A DNA stretch of 63,885 bases, counting the filler, from Octopus bimaculoides (taxonomy: Eukaryota): assembly GCF_001194135.2 (NCBI RefSeq). It is 6 parts of 5 records of this genome, joined end to end, with 100 filler letters (N's around TTAATTAATTAA, not from the genome) between each part and the next. Parts side by side here need not be neighbours in the genome. Positions count along the whole stretch, not along the records: positions 5,357 to 11,391 come from NC_068984.1; positions 11,492 to 25,749 come from NC_068988.1; 4 more parts are not named here. One strand, 5' to 3'. Made by a program: the position numbers and the translations under genes. The first letter of the stretch is position 1. Each line of letters opens with the position of its first letter. This document shows positions 11,373 through 24,000 of the stretch, one piece after another. Under the pieces are notes generated by a model, which made no database searches, was not told the DNA's origin, and saw only the letters and a program-made list of their open reading frames with translations.

Positions 11373-12043
11373 TACAATAATAATAATAATGNNNNNNNNN
11401 NNNNNNNNNNNNNNNNNNNNNNNNNNNNNNNNNNNTTAATTAATTAANNNNNNNNNNNNNNNNNNNNNNNNNNNNNNNNNNNNNNNNNNNNGAATTTTCA
11501 AATCTTCAACACCGCCAAGCACAATCGAAATACTCCATAGCTGGGCAGAATATGCTGTAAAAATAAAAACACAATACTTCTACCCAGCTCACAAAAAAAG
11601 CAAATTCGCTTACCCTGACTGTGTCCTCTGTTCCTTAGACGGAGCTGTGAGCTACACGTCTGTCTTCAATGGTGACCGGAAGTAGACTGCCAACACATAC
11701 TTGGTAAGCAAGCTACTTACCACACAGCCGTTTATGCGCCTAACCGCTCCTGTATATATATATATAAGACAAAGTATAAATGGTCATTACATATTTTTCC
11801 TTTATTGGAAATATGTAATGACCATTCTTTATAACTTGTCCATCACTCTTTGTATAAAACCAGTATAACTGGAATGCAACTACTGCTTTAAAGTATAGAA
11901 TGGTGATGAAATATAACCTCGGACCCTACTACAAGAATACCTGTAGTTCTTTACTAATCTAAACAATATTTTTAGCCTCGTGTGCTAACAGAGAGGTTGT
12001 GAAGTATTTTGCCCGGATAGCTAATCCCTCACAAATAACTCTC

Positions 12044-12077
<34 letters not shown>

Positions 12078-12079
<2 letters not shown>

Positions 12080-12222
12080 ACGACAGCCTTCTCTCCGTTT
12101 CTGTCTACAAAATTCGCCCAGAAGGCTTTGGTCGGCCCACAGTTATGGGAGAAGACATTTGCTGAGAGTACAACGCAGTGGGACTGAACCTGGAACCATA
12201 TGGTTGGGAAACAAAGTTCTTA
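12078..12222 (-). mobile_element. SINE family A, 5' half
   Basis: ggctttggtcggccc...agaagacatttgc...cgcagtgggactgaacctggaaccatatggttgg is the reverse complement of the family A head. Confidence 0.8.
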
Positions 12223-13168
12223 GCATATATTTCATATGCATATATAATATGCGTATATATATATAATAAATCTTTGAACGAGGTATAAACAGTAGTTGCA
12301 CGACAACGTGAAGTATATTTGTCACTTAAATGCGGTTAACCACTAAGGGTGAATGCTACTGTAGCTTGTGACCCCAGGAGAACATCTTCTCCAGCTGGCT
12401 ATTGACACACTTTCTGTGCCCTATCAGTATTTGGAAAGGGAAGTCATCCTTCCCATCGTTNNNNNNNNNNNNNNNNNNNNNNNNNNNNNNNNNNNNNNNN
12501 NNNNNNNNNNNNNNNNNNNNNNNNNNNNNNNNNNNNNNNNNNNNNNNNNNNNNNNNNNNNNNNNNNNNNNNNNNNNNNNNNNNNNNNNNNNNNNNNNNNN
12601 NNNNNNNNNNNNNNNNNNNNNNNNNNNNNNNNNNNNNNNNNNNNNNNNNNNNNNNNNNNNNNNNNNNNNNNNNNNNNNNNNNNNNNNNNNNNNNNNNNNN
12701 NNNNNNNNNNNNNNNNNNNNNNNNNNNNNNNNNNNNNNNNNNNNNNNNNNNNNNNNNNNNNNNNNNNNNNNNNNNNNNNNNNNNNNNNNNNNNNNNNNNN
12801 NNNNNNNNNNNNNNNNNNNNNNNNNNNNNNNNNNNNNNNNNNNNNNNNNNNNNNNNNNNNNNNNNNNNNNNNNNNNNNNNNNNNNNNNNNNNNNNNNNNN
12901 NNNNNNNNNNNNNNNNNNNNNNNNNNNNNNNNNNNNNNNNNNNNNNNNNNNNNNNNNNNNNNNNNNNNNNNNNNNNNNNNNNNNNNNNNNNNNNNNNNNN
13001 NNNNNNNNNNNNNNNNNNNNNNNNNNNNNNNNNNNNNNNNNNNNNNNNNNNNNNNNNNNNNNNNNNNNNNNNNNNNNNNNNNNNNNNNNNNNNNNNNNNN
13101 NNNNNNNNNNNNNNNNNNNNNNNNNNNNNNNNNNNNNNNNNNNNNNNNNNNNNNNNNNNNNNNNNNNN

Positions 13169-13236
<68 letters not shown>

Positions 13237-13237
<1 letters not shown>

Positions 13238-14062
13238 AACGGAAAGTGTCTATATTGGATTATGTGAAGGATAGTTTAAAAAACGTTATGCCAACCATAT
13301 AACATTCATCCGACCTAAAGACAAGAGTAAGGCCAGCCAGCCACGTGTGAACTTTGAAAGAGAATAAAACGCCATGTACGATTAAATGGAAAATAATCGA
13401 AAAATCCAGACCTTATGTAAATGGATCAAAGGAATGAAGGCTTTGCTTGGCTCAAAGAGTACAAATACTGTTCAGATCAAAAATCCCCAACTCAATATTG
13501 AAATCGAGGTCTGAAATTTTCAGTGGTAGCAGATCCAAGCAAAAATATATTTTGAAGAACAGAACAATCCCACCCGTCTCACATTGGTTTGACATCCCTC
13601 TGATCTTATTATGTAAAGACTAAAGAGGTTAGATCACCTACTACTATAGTTTTCCTCCCTTTATTTTAGTATTTCTTTAGGTTTATTTTTCATCCTTTAC
13701 ATTTCTTATCCTTTATAAATTTTATAAATTTTTACATTCCTGATATTTCTTATATTTATACCTTTACTGTTTTACCTTATGTTTTATACATTAATTTTTC
13801 ATATACATTTTTACTCTCCTTCTACAATTTACATTTAATTTACATTTAATTTCGTACATTAATTACATTTACATCAGGTCCCCTGGTTTCGTTTTCCGGT
13901 TAGAAGTTAAGATTTTCCGTTTGCTACAATCTTTCCCGTACTCTCACGTTCCATGCCATATTTAAAGAGTGGTCCGCGCCTGAAGAACGTGTTTGCATTT
14001 TCAGAGACGTGAAACTATTAGTAGCGACCGAAAATATGTTTTGTGATCCTTAAACAGCAATA
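13237..14062 (+). mobile_element. Penelope-like element 3' end: decayed GIY-YIG endonuclease, AT-rich tail and terminal repeat with a hammerhead
   Basis: VYIGLCEG*FKKRYANH...SHV*TLKENK...IKWKIIEKSRPYVNGSKE*RLCL...ILKSRSEIF is the C-terminal GIY-YIG region of PLEs, with stop codons. Confidence 0.88.
13971..14029 (+). ncRNA. Type I hammerhead ribozyme with a complete core; predicted cleavage after GUA at 14023
   Basis: Stem I 5' arm GGTCCGCGC (13971-79); core CTGAAGA (13980-86); stem II ACGT (13987-90)/ACGT (14007-10); GAAA (14011-14); stem III CT/AG with ATT loop; GTA (14021-23); stem I 3' arm GCGACC (14024-29). Confidence 0.82.
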
Positions 14063-14140
14063 TTTGACTCTCGCCAGACGAAGTACTCTCTTTGTTGAGT
14101 TATACCACGAACCAATATATATAATATACTCTTTTACCCT

Positions 14141-14338
14141 CTTTTACTTGTTTCAGTCATTTGACTGCGGCCATGCTAGAGGATCCGCCTTTAGTCGAGC
14201 AAATCGACCCCGTGACTTATTCTTTGTAAGCCTAGTACTTATTCTTTCGGTACTTATTCTAACCGCTAAGTGACGGGGACATAAACACACCAGCATCGGT
14301 TGTCAAGCAATGCTAGGGGGACAAACACAGACATACAA

Positions 14339-14370
<32 letters not shown>

Positions 14371-14797
14371 NNNNNNNNNNNNNNNNNNNNNNNNNNNNNN
14401 NNNNNNNNNNNNNNNNNNNNNNNNNNNNNNNNNNNNNNNNNNNNNNNNNNNNNNNNNNNNNNNNNNNNNNNNNNNNNNNNNNNNNNNNNNNNNNNNNNNN
14501 NNNNNNNNNNNNNNNNNNNNNNNNNNNNNNNNNNNNNNNNNNNNNNNNNNNNNNNNATATATCTACATATATACGACGGGCTTCTTTCAGTTTCCAGTTT
14601 ACATATGAATGTATGTATGTATATATGTATGTTGCATGTGTGTATATGTGTGTGTGTATGTATAAATGTTTGTATGCCACAAGGCTTTGGTCGGCCCGAG
14701 GCTATAGTAGAAGACACTTGCCCAAGATGCCACGCAGTGGGACTGAACCCGGAACCATGTGGTTCGTAAGCAAGCTACTTCCCACACAGCCACTCAT
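14141..14797 (-). mobile_element. SINE family A, full length, with an internal microsatellite/gap and a ~80-bp insertion
   Basis: 3' half at 14141-14335, 5' half at 14574-14797; reverse complement of 37677-38106. Confidence 0.85.
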
Positions 14798-14800
14798 ACA

Positions 14801-14851
<51 letters not shown>

Positions 14852-15127
14852 GCAACATGTATTTATGCATATATAAATATATATATGTGTATGTATGTAT
14901 ATACACATACACATAGATATACATCTGTAAATATCTATATGCTCATATATGTATATAGACACACACGTAAAGAAGCATAGATATATATTTTCTGTCCATA
15001 TATAAATGTGTTTATATGTGCGTATGTATGTATGCTTGCATGTATGCATACAACCTGTTGAAACCTTTCCTCCAAGATGTAATGGTAACATCACAGCTGA
15101 ACAAGCAGCAAGGGAAAAGAAGCTGGA

Positions 15128-15378
15128 AGAATATTTGTGTATGTATGTATGTTGCATGTGTGTGTGTGTGTGTGTATATAAATGTTTGTATGTCGGTCTA
15201 TATGTATGTGTGTATGTATATAAGTTTATATGTCTGTATATATGTATGTGTGTATGTTTGTTGCATGTGTGTGTGTGTATGTATAAATGTTTGTATGTCG
15301 GTCTATATGTATGTGTGTATGTATGCATGTATATATATAAGTTTATATGTCTGTATATATGTATGTGTGTATGTATGA
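15128..15378. repeat. Local tandem duplication, two ~120-bp microsatellite-derived units
   Basis: gttgcatgtgtgtg...tataaatgtttgtatgtcggtctatatg...taagtttatatgtctgtatatatg occurs twice. Confidence 0.8.
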
Positions 15379-16578
15379 ATGAATGTACGTGTTTCAATGT
15401 GTGTGTATATGTTCGAGTATCTATGTTCATGATGTATTCACAGAGTGCTTACGTCAGAGATGGGCAGAAGTATGAAGATGCAGGCCCAATCTGCGAGCTT
15501 ATGCGCTTTTTTCCCTTACCAACTCGTGAAACAAAATAGTTGCTGAATGTGCTTTTTCATGGTTGTTTTCTTTTTTGTTTCGTTTTGTTTCCCCCACCAC
15601 CTCATTTATGTGTGCGACGGACAGACAGTGGTTTACAACTATGTTTTACGTAATAACTAATAAAATGAGCCAACTGGTTCCTTGCTAACTCATTTATAAT
15701 GTTTCTCGATACAAGAATTATACTTATTATTCATTGTACGCATGGGAACTTATGTATGACTTGTCCACGAACATTCTGTCACATGTAAATTAATATACAT
15801 ACATACATGTGTGTGTATATTACATACACGCACACATATGTGTGTGTATGTATGCAAATTACGTATGTATACACACACACACACACGCACATAATCTACC
15901 ACGCTATTATAGTAAGCAAATGCGATAGAACTGGCACTGAGTTAATGACTGCATTTTCGGTGGGGGTGAAACTATGACAGTGTGTGCGTGTGTGAGTGTG
16001 AGTTGGTAATGTTGTTGAAGGGATCCATTTCCGATACGATCCACACTACCCTTTCTCCACTCTCCTCACACTCATTTAAGGTACAATCACTTATCCACAC
16101 GCATGAACACAAACATTACGTTCTTTTCTTTCTCTTCCTCTCTTTCTTCCTCTCCCGAACACACTAACACTCACAGACGCACTCTTTTTCTCAGTGACAC
16201 AATCATACATACTGCCTCCGCCTTCCACTCCCCTTTCGTTCTTTTACACTCTTATACTCACTCTCTCACCTTGACTCTCCCTTCCCCCCTCTATCTATTT
16301 TTTTTACACACTTCCTCTTCTCACAGCAAACAACAAGAATGTGTTTTGTTTGTTAGCTTTTACTACTAGCCATATTTTCAAGTTTCGCTATCTCATGCTA
16401 CGCATGTGTGTGTGTGTACGTGTACATAGATAGATAGATATACATACATATATATATATATAGGCTTCTATCGCACCTGCTTACTATAAAAGCGTGGTAG
16501 ATTATATTGTGTGTGTATGTGTGCATACATACATAACTTGTATACACACATATGTATATGTGTATGTATGTATGTATG

Positions 16579-16616
<38 letters not shown>

Positions 16617-16619
<3 letters not shown>

Positions 16620-16825
16620 CTCTTCGAAACGCTTAGTTTTAGAATGGTGGCAGCTGATGAAGGAAATGTTCTCTATGGGGCCTGTGTGTTTTCTGTACTC
16701 TGTTTATCATTTTGTCCACGTTTTCTTTTTTGCAACGTCCTGTACCCAGATATGCATCTATATATACATGTAGATGTAGGTATGTACATACATGTACGTA
16801 TATATGTATATACTCATATATTATT
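16617..16825 (+). mobile_element. Dispersed repeat family E, copy 1 (hammerhead-bearing, probably Penelope-related)
   Basis: Closely similar to 25518-25748 (+) and 40680-40900 (-); CTTCGAAACGC at 16622-32, GGCAG-CTGATGA at 16649-60. Confidence 0.8.
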
Positions 16826-17287
16826 NNNNNNNNNNNNNNNNNNNNNNNNNNNNNNNNNNNNNNNNNNNNNNNNNNNNNNNNNNNNNNNNNNNNNNNNNNN
16901 NNNNNNNNNNNNNNNNNNNNNNNNNNNNNNNNNNNNNNNNNNNNNNNNNNNNNNNNNNNNNNNNNNNNNNNNNNNNNNNNNNNNNNNNNNNNNNNNNNNN
17001 NNNNNNNNNNNNNNNNNNNNNNNNNNNNNNNNNNNNNNNNNNNNNNNNNNNNNNNNNNNNNNNNNNNNNNNNNNNNNNNNNNNNNNNNNNNNNNNNNNNN
17101 NNNNNNNNNNNNNNNNNNNNNNNNNNNNNNNNNNNNNNNNNNNNNNNNNNNNNNNNNNNNNNNNNNNNNNNNNNNNNNNNNNNNNNNNNNNNNNNNNNNN
17201 NNNNNNNNNNNNNNNNNNNNNNNNNNNNNNNNNNNNNNNNNNNNNNNNNNNNNNNNNNNNNNNNNNNNNNNNNNNNNNNNNNNNNNN

Positions 17288-17343
<56 letters not shown>

Positions 17344-17436
17344 TGTGTGTAGATATGATTTTATAGACAGGGGAATAGACAGTGAGCCCAATATGTAATA
17401 TATGGATAATTATCAATTACGCTATCTTTATATATA

Positions 17437-17553
17437 TGGTTCCGGGTTCAGTCCCACTGCGTGGCACCTTGAACAAGCGTCTTCTAGTATAGCCTTGGGC
17501 CGTCCAAGGCCTTGTGAGTGGATTTGGAAGATGGAAACTGAAAGAAGCCCGTC

Positions 17554-17599
<46 letters not shown>

Positions 17600-17807
17600 T
17601 TATGTGTGTGTGTCTTTGTGTCTGTTTGTCACCCCATCTTCGCTTGACAACCAACGTTGGCGTGTTTACGCCCCCCGTAATTTAGCGGTTCGGCAAAAGA
17701 GACCAGTAGAATAAGTATTAGGGTTACTACGAATAAGTCCTGGGGTCTATTTGTTCGATTAAAACCATGCAAAGCCGCAGTCAAATGACTGGAACAAATA
17801 AAATAAT
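17437..17807 (+). mobile_element. SINE family A with an internal (TG)n
   Basis: tggttccgggttcagtcccactgcgtggcacc...gaaagaagcccgtcgt(tg)n...gccgcagtcaaatgactggaac. Confidence 0.9.
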
Positions 17808-17845
<38 letters not shown>

Positions 17846-17885
17846 GGAGAGACATACAGACAGACAGATAGACAGACAGACGGAC

Positions 17886-17944
<59 letters not shown>

Positions 17945-17960
17945 CTGACAGACCGACAGA
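17808..17960. repeat. (GACA)n / (GATA)n microsatellite
   Basis: Read directly. Confidence 0.95.
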
Positions 17961-18383
17961 TACATGCACGCATATATATAAACGCATACATACACAACCA
18001 CAGGCACAAAGTCACCCACACACACACACACAAGTACAGGCTTAGGCGAAAAGGTTTCGGAGTACGTTTTACAATACTGAGGTATTAAGTTCAATATCAT
18101 TTGGTAGCATTTTGGGCAAGTGTTTTCACCAAAACGGTGTGTCGATATGAATGAAATTGAGTAGAACGATGAAGCCTATCATGCTCCCGTAATTCGAAAG
18201 TAAAGCTTTGTAACACCGAATCTGCCTGAGGTTTACATTAAGGACGCCGGTGTCAATGAAACATTAACCATTCCGTGTCTTGAGTTAAGAAGCAGATCGT
18301 TCGGTTGATGAATAACTGGAAGCTGATGGGTCAAAATCAACAGGTGAGCCATTTATATCATATGCACATAGACACATAAACGA

Positions 18384-18414
<31 letters not shown>

Positions 18415-18438
18415 TGTATGTATGTACGTATGTGTGTA

Positions 18439-18475
<37 letters not shown>

Positions 18476-19049
18476 GNNNNNNNNNNNNNNNNNNNNNNNN
18501 NNNNNNNNNNNNNNNNNNNNNNNNNNNNNNNNNNNNNNNNNNNNNNNNNNNNNNNNNNNNNNNNNNNNNNNNNNNNNNNNNNNNNNNNNNNNNNNNNNNN
18601 NNNNNNNNNNNNNNNNNNNNNNNNNNNNNNNNNNNNNNNNNNNNNNNNNNNNNNNNNNNNNNNNNNNNNNNNNNNNNNNNNNNNNNNNNNNNNNNNNNNN
18701 NNNNNNNNNNNNNNNNNNNNNNNNNNNNNNNNNNNNNNNNNNNNNNNNNNNNNNNNNNNNNNNNNNNNNNNNNNNNNNNNNNNNNNNNNNNNNNNNNNNN
18801 NNNNNNNNNNNNNNNNNNTATATAATTATTACAAATTAAAAGGGTAAAGGTTTATAGCAAATATTTGCTGATCCCTTAATTATGTTTATAAATATATATA
18901 TATATATATCATTTTTAATCGGCACCAGTTAAAAGGTGACTCAGGCCGTGAGTTTTGTACATGGCATTTATCAAACGAATACCATACACAGAACTCTCGG
19001 CCCTTGAATCGTTTTGTAATTTCTGTCGATTAAAAATGCTGAACTACCT

Positions 19050-19435
19050 AGGCGCCGATATGGCTGTATGCTAAGAAGCTTCCTTTCCAACAACATGGTT
19101 CCAGGTTCAGTCAGTCTGCGTGGTATCTGGGATAAACGCTTTCTATTACAACTTCGGGCCTTGCGAGTGGATCTGGTAAGTGGAGACTGAAAGGAGTCCG
19201 TCGTGTGCGTGTGTGTGTGTGTTTCTGTACTTGTTCCCAACCACCATTGGACAACAGATGTCAGTGTGCTTACGTTCCCGTAACCTGGCAGTTCAGCAAA
19301 AGAGACCGAGAGTATAATTACCAGGCTTAAGAAAAAAGTAAGTACTAGAGTCGATTCATTCGACTAAAAATCCGTCAAGGCGGTGCTCCAGAATGACCGC
19401 TGTCTAATGACTGAAACATGTAAAAGATAAAAGAT
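19050..19435 (+). mobile_element. SINE family A, full length
   Basis: ggcgccgatatggctgtatgctaagaagct...atgactgaaacatgtaaaagataaaaga. Confidence 0.85.
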
Positions 19436-19513
19436 ACACACACGTATGTATGCACACACACACACAAATACATACATACATATATACACACATACATACA
19501 TACATACATACAT

Positions 19514-19933
19514 AATTTACGGATACTCCACCCAGACTACAAGTTCAGATTCATACCCGTGATTGTTGGGGCATTGGGATATGTAACGAACTGCCTCAAC
19601 AAAAACCTGGAAAAATTAGGGTTCTCAAAACCTGAAAGAAAAAGGCTGATTAGAAGACTACAGATTCAAGCCATCAATGGAACTGTAAAGATATGTAAAA
19701 CTTTCCAAAAATTTAGCACATAAATACATGTGCATGCATCTAGACATAAAAACGCATCCATAAAACAAACATACAAATCTGCGCATACACTAACACCAAA
19801 TACTGCACACACACACATATGCACATATACCTAGATGATGTTGATAAAAGTTCCAGTGAAGGAGCCTTGAATCTATGTTAGAGTCCGGCTCTTTCTCTAT
19901 GGACAAGAAATACAGAAATGAAACTGATTGATA
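19514..19933 (+). mobile_element. RLE-type non-LTR retrotransposon 3' end (ORF C-terminus plus 3' UTR), flanked by (CATA)n
   Basis: Manual translation 19514-19723: NLRILHPDYKFRFIPVIVGALGYVTNCLNKNLEKLGFSKPERKRLIRRLQIQAINGTVKICKTFQKFST*; the PVIVGALG motif is typical of RLE C-termini; related copies at 43931-44268 and 59775-60067. Confidence 0.8.
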
Positions 19934-19940
19934 ACATACA

Positions 19941-19974
<34 letters not shown>

Positions 19975-20157
19975 CACACAAATACTCTATGAAGAAATGA
20001 ATCCATAAAGATGATCTACCCGATGCCCAGAGATACTACGGACTACACTGTGATCATTCCAGGAATACGGACTGTGATTGTGATGTATGCAAATTACGTG
20101 ACTGTGATTGTGATGTATTAAAATATCTATAAATTCCATCCAAGTATTACTGTTATA

Positions 20158-20416
20158 TGGAGGCGCGTGGCTTAGTGGTTAGGGTGTCAGTACTATGATC
20201 GTAAGATTGTGGTTTCGATTCCTGGACCGGGCGACGCGGTGTGTTTTTGAGCAAAACACTTCATTTCACGTTGCTCCAGTCCACACAGCTGGCAAAAATG
20301 AGTAACGCTCCGATGGACTGGCGTCCCGTCCAGCTGGGGAACACATACGCCATTGAAACCGGGAAACCGGGCTCATGAGCCTGGCTAGGCTTTAAAGAGG
20401 CGCATTTATTTATTAT
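20158..20416 (+). mobile_element. tRNA-derived SINE family C, full length, 12-bp target-site duplication
   Basis: Highly similar to 26616-26874; TATTACTGTTAT at 20145-56 and 20417-28. Confidence 0.92.
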
Positions 20417-20864
20417 TATTACTGTTATTATTACATACATACATACATATATATATATACTAATATAATGCATACGTGTGTGTGTGTGTGTGTTAATAAT
20501 TATTCAGATGTAAAATAGTAGAAGTTTAGTAGCCATTAGATTTACATATATCTGCTTGGTAAGGTCGATGTGCCCAAGTGATAATTGCTTTAGATCATAG
20601 ATTACTGTCTTACGAAAGAAAGGATATGTTCAACAGATACCTGATGCTGTGCAGAGACAGTGATCGTAAGTCTGCTGAAATGAGGATAAGTAAAGGATTT
20701 TCACATCCAAACTCACTTTTTTTCAAAATAAGGGTGCAATAGTTAAAGTAGTTGTATATGTACTATTTGTAATATAAAATATGTTGGTCATCTTTGATCA
20801 CATGTCAGCTAGATTAGAGCTAATTCGGAATTAAACAATGGTGGGAGTAGAAAGTTTAAAATAT

Positions 20865-21030
20865 TAGTTTCAAATTTTGACACAAGGCCGGCAATTTTAG
20901 GGGAGATGTATTCAACTGGTAGTCATTTTATCGAACCGAAAAGGATAAAAGCAAAAGTTATCCGCGGCGGAAATTGAACTCAGACTGTATTATATCGCCC
21001 AGTGTGCAAACGGTTCTGCTAGCTCGCAAC
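20865..21030 (-). mobile_element. SINE family B
   Basis: tttcaaattttgacacaaggccggcaatttt...cggcggaaattgaactcaga...ttctgctagctcgc. Confidence 0.75.
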
Positions 21031-21224
21031 ATTTCTGAAGACTTAGAATATTACAGTTCTGATTATGTGGTGGTAAAGATTTAGGAAATGTTAGAAGTTG
21101 ATTGTCTTAGTTTAGTCGTTTTTGTTTCCCGGTTCGAACAATCGGGCTGGGGTCTAAAAAAAACAAAATATTTTGAGGAAAGAAATAAACGGAATGAAGT
21201 TGTTTTTAACAGCAGCGCAACCCT

Positions 21225-21400
21225 GATTAAGCAGACCTATGATTAAAGATAGTCCAGCTGTGACCATCCCGTCGTTTTAAGTGTTTGTAGGATTATACTA
21301 TCCAATATATTATTTCCTTATTTAAGACGATAGTAATGTCTGGAGGATATTTGGCTGCTATTTTAGCTGGTCAAGCAACCACGCAGAGACTCCCTCGCTA
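21225..21400 (-). repeat. Unclassified interspersed repeat, related to 1105-1200
   Basis: Local similarity between the two sites, seen by eye. Confidence 0.4.
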
Positions 21401-21600
21401 GCTTATACATACTAAAGTTGTTGTTGAGAAGTCTTAGCTCCACTCTGATCCAGCAAACCTATGGTATTCAGGTAGACGATGAAGAGCAACCCACACATTC
21501 ATCTTGCCCGATTTACGCATCATGTTTGAAGTTCATACTGCATATTCTGACACGCAGTGATGAATTGTATTTGGTGTAGCGTGGCAGTCTAGACATAATG

Positions 21601-21673
<73 letters not shown>
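21601..21673. repeat. (CT)n microsatellite
   Basis: Read directly. Confidence 0.95.
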
Positions 21674-21677
<4 letters not shown>

Positions 21678-22449
21678 CTGTGCACCTGTATATTCTGTTA
21701 TTGGAAGGACGCAGTAGAGGTTGGTGTTGTAGAATCGTCCAGAACACAACAGTAGGACTGGTGCTGTATATCTTAACATAGTACCAGTGAATCTTAACAT
21801 GGTACCAGTGAAGCTGTTAATGTTACTTGTGTGTGTATTCCTTATGCTTGCTCGGACTGAGTGACAGAAATAGCGTTTTAGGATGTTGTTTAATATTGCT
21901 GTTGGGTGTTGTATATGTGTGCGTGGCTGTTTGCAAGTGGTATTTTCATGTTGTGACATGTATCGTTATGACATGTATAGAAGGGATTAAAGCTTGCTGT
22001 GACTACAAAATGCTCTCTTCACCTATTTATGTGGCGTTTTATTTTTATTGCTTTGGTTTCGTCATGTAGTTGATCGGTGGATGTGGTCTGTGTAGAACCT
22101 ACAATAATATGTAGTGCAGCATTTTTCATGTGTTTTATAGTTTATTATAGCTTGTTTTGAAGATATTAGGGACCCAAATGATTGACTAGAAGGATCAATG
22201 AAGGAGCTTATGTATTCACAGAACACTTCTGTGCTTCATATAAGAACTTAATCCAACGTAGATATTAGTCTTGCGTTTTTCTAGGTTCTTTTCCCTTTCT
22301 CGTGAAGGAGAACTCTTTCCTACGCAGACATATGTAATTGATTTCAGAAGGTTCTCATGAACAATGAAAGCTAACAGATTAAAAGAAAGGAGATCATGTC
22401 GAAATAAATAGGGTAGAGCGAAGGAATGTCGCGAGCAAAGCGTTTGGTA

Positions 22450-24000
22450 ATCTACAACCAACAATAATCTTAATGTATACAGTAAATAGCAAACATTTGT
22501 TGGTGTTTACATACAGTCGAATAAGTTAAAACTTCAGTGACTAAAATGTTCATAACGTTCAGTTTGGTGTATCAAAATAAGACAGAAGTCGTTATGAGGA
22601 ATAATGTATGCGGAAGAAAACATTATAAGAAATAAACAGAAACAAAATTCAAGAAGAATTTTTAATAAGTAAACATTCAGAAGTTGTTAGAGTACCTCGC
22701 TAAGAGATGAAGAGGGTGAGGATTAAAAAAGCGACTCTTGGTGACTAAGTGAATTATATGTCTGCATAACACTAAATAGGTTCCAAAATAGAGTAGCAGA
22801 TTCTTACTGAGAGGAATGACAAGTTACAGAGTACTTGTTACAAGCAAAAAAGTATTTTCGTGTATAGTTTTGAAAGTGAAATGAAAGGCCGATTGGTCCA
22901 TGATGCGCAAGACACATTTTGTTTGAGTAACTTTTTTTGTATTAGATTTCTAACAAAATGGAGATGTTTCTATCTGTTGGTCCAGCTCTAAATATGTGAA
23001 TGGTAAGGATGTAACTCCTATCCTTTGTGTCTTCAGAATGTAATGTGAATGGTATGTTTATGTCGTCAACATGATGGTTATATGTATTGATGTTCTCTGG
23101 TGTTACTGGTAAGAAAGGAGCCGGTGGGTTTAGTATGTGCTATTTTAAGCCTGTTGGTATGAAGCCAACTTATTACAAGCAGCATTGAAGTAGCTATGTA
23201 ACAGTGTCTGGAGAATGGACACAGGGTGTAAGTAAAATGCCATAAGCATATAAGGCTGTTTCTGTGTGTTATGTTATAAAATTGGGGGAAAGTCACAAAC
23301 ATTGGAAGAGTGGATGAGAAATGAATCCCTGTGATACTCCGTTCGGGAAATTGCACGTTAATAAAGTGTTGTTCTTGTTTATAGGCTTGGCATCCTGACG
23401 TGTCGTTTAGTAGCCACAGTGCTATGATGTTTCTTAAGGCAGTGTGAAAGGGTTTTTTTCTTTCTCTTCTTTTCTTTTTTTGTATGTGAGTATAGCAAGG
23501 AATGGATTCAAAAAGCTTTGCCGATAGCATTTCTGAGACAAGTTTAATAAGTTTGTGAGTTGTGTGGGCTGAATCCCTGTTGTGATTCAAACGGAAGGAT
23601 GTGAGTTAATGATGTCAAGGACTAACCTTTCTAGAATTTCTGAGAGTGTATATAGGGAAAATAATGGTCTGTATGCTGTTGCTTCAATTGGGGTTTTGAT
23701 AAGTTTCAATTCTGTAATATTAGTGAGTAACTTTTAAATTCTTGAAGTTTTACAGTATTGGTCGAGTAGTTGTGAATGTTTGTGAGTACAATAATTCCTT
23801 CGTTAGTTTAGATCTATGTTAGGGATTTTGTCTGGCCCAGAGGATTTTGAGGTTTTCGATTTCCCTATTGTCTTTTAAGAGTGATGGAACGAATGGAGTC
23901 AAAATCATGATCTAAAGGCGAAAATTTTCGACTTACACTCTTGACTTTGTGAAATTTTCAGGAAATGCCTGTTAATGTTATTTGCCTGGAGTTGCAGAGT
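22450..24000 (-). mobile_element. Heavily decayed Jockey/I-like LINE reverse transcriptase
   Basis: Collinear RT motif remnants on the - strand across frameshifts: KSSGPDKIP (~23821-47), AYRP...ILERLVL (~23620-76), QQGFSPH (~23570), IGKAF.SIP (~23510), NGVSQG (~23335), LYAYG for YADD (~23250). Confidence 0.7.

Noticed and set aside
16617-16700. Reading family E as a conventional type I or II hammerhead
   Set aside because: No GAAA follows stem II downstream and no valid NUH plus stem I lies between GAAAC and CTGATGA; only the A-C-B arrangement in copy 3 satisfies the pairings.
18195-18350. CAG|GTGAGC donor at 18343 with an upstream peptide PEVYIKDAGVNETLTIPCL
   Set aside because: All three frames hit stops before the donor and there is no good acceptor; at most a non-coding or pseudo-exon.
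20158-20235. tRNA-like sequences here and at 26616, 32419, 52400 and 54790
   Set aside because: They are SINE heads continuing into shared bodies, some with TSDs, and do not form complete cloverleaves.
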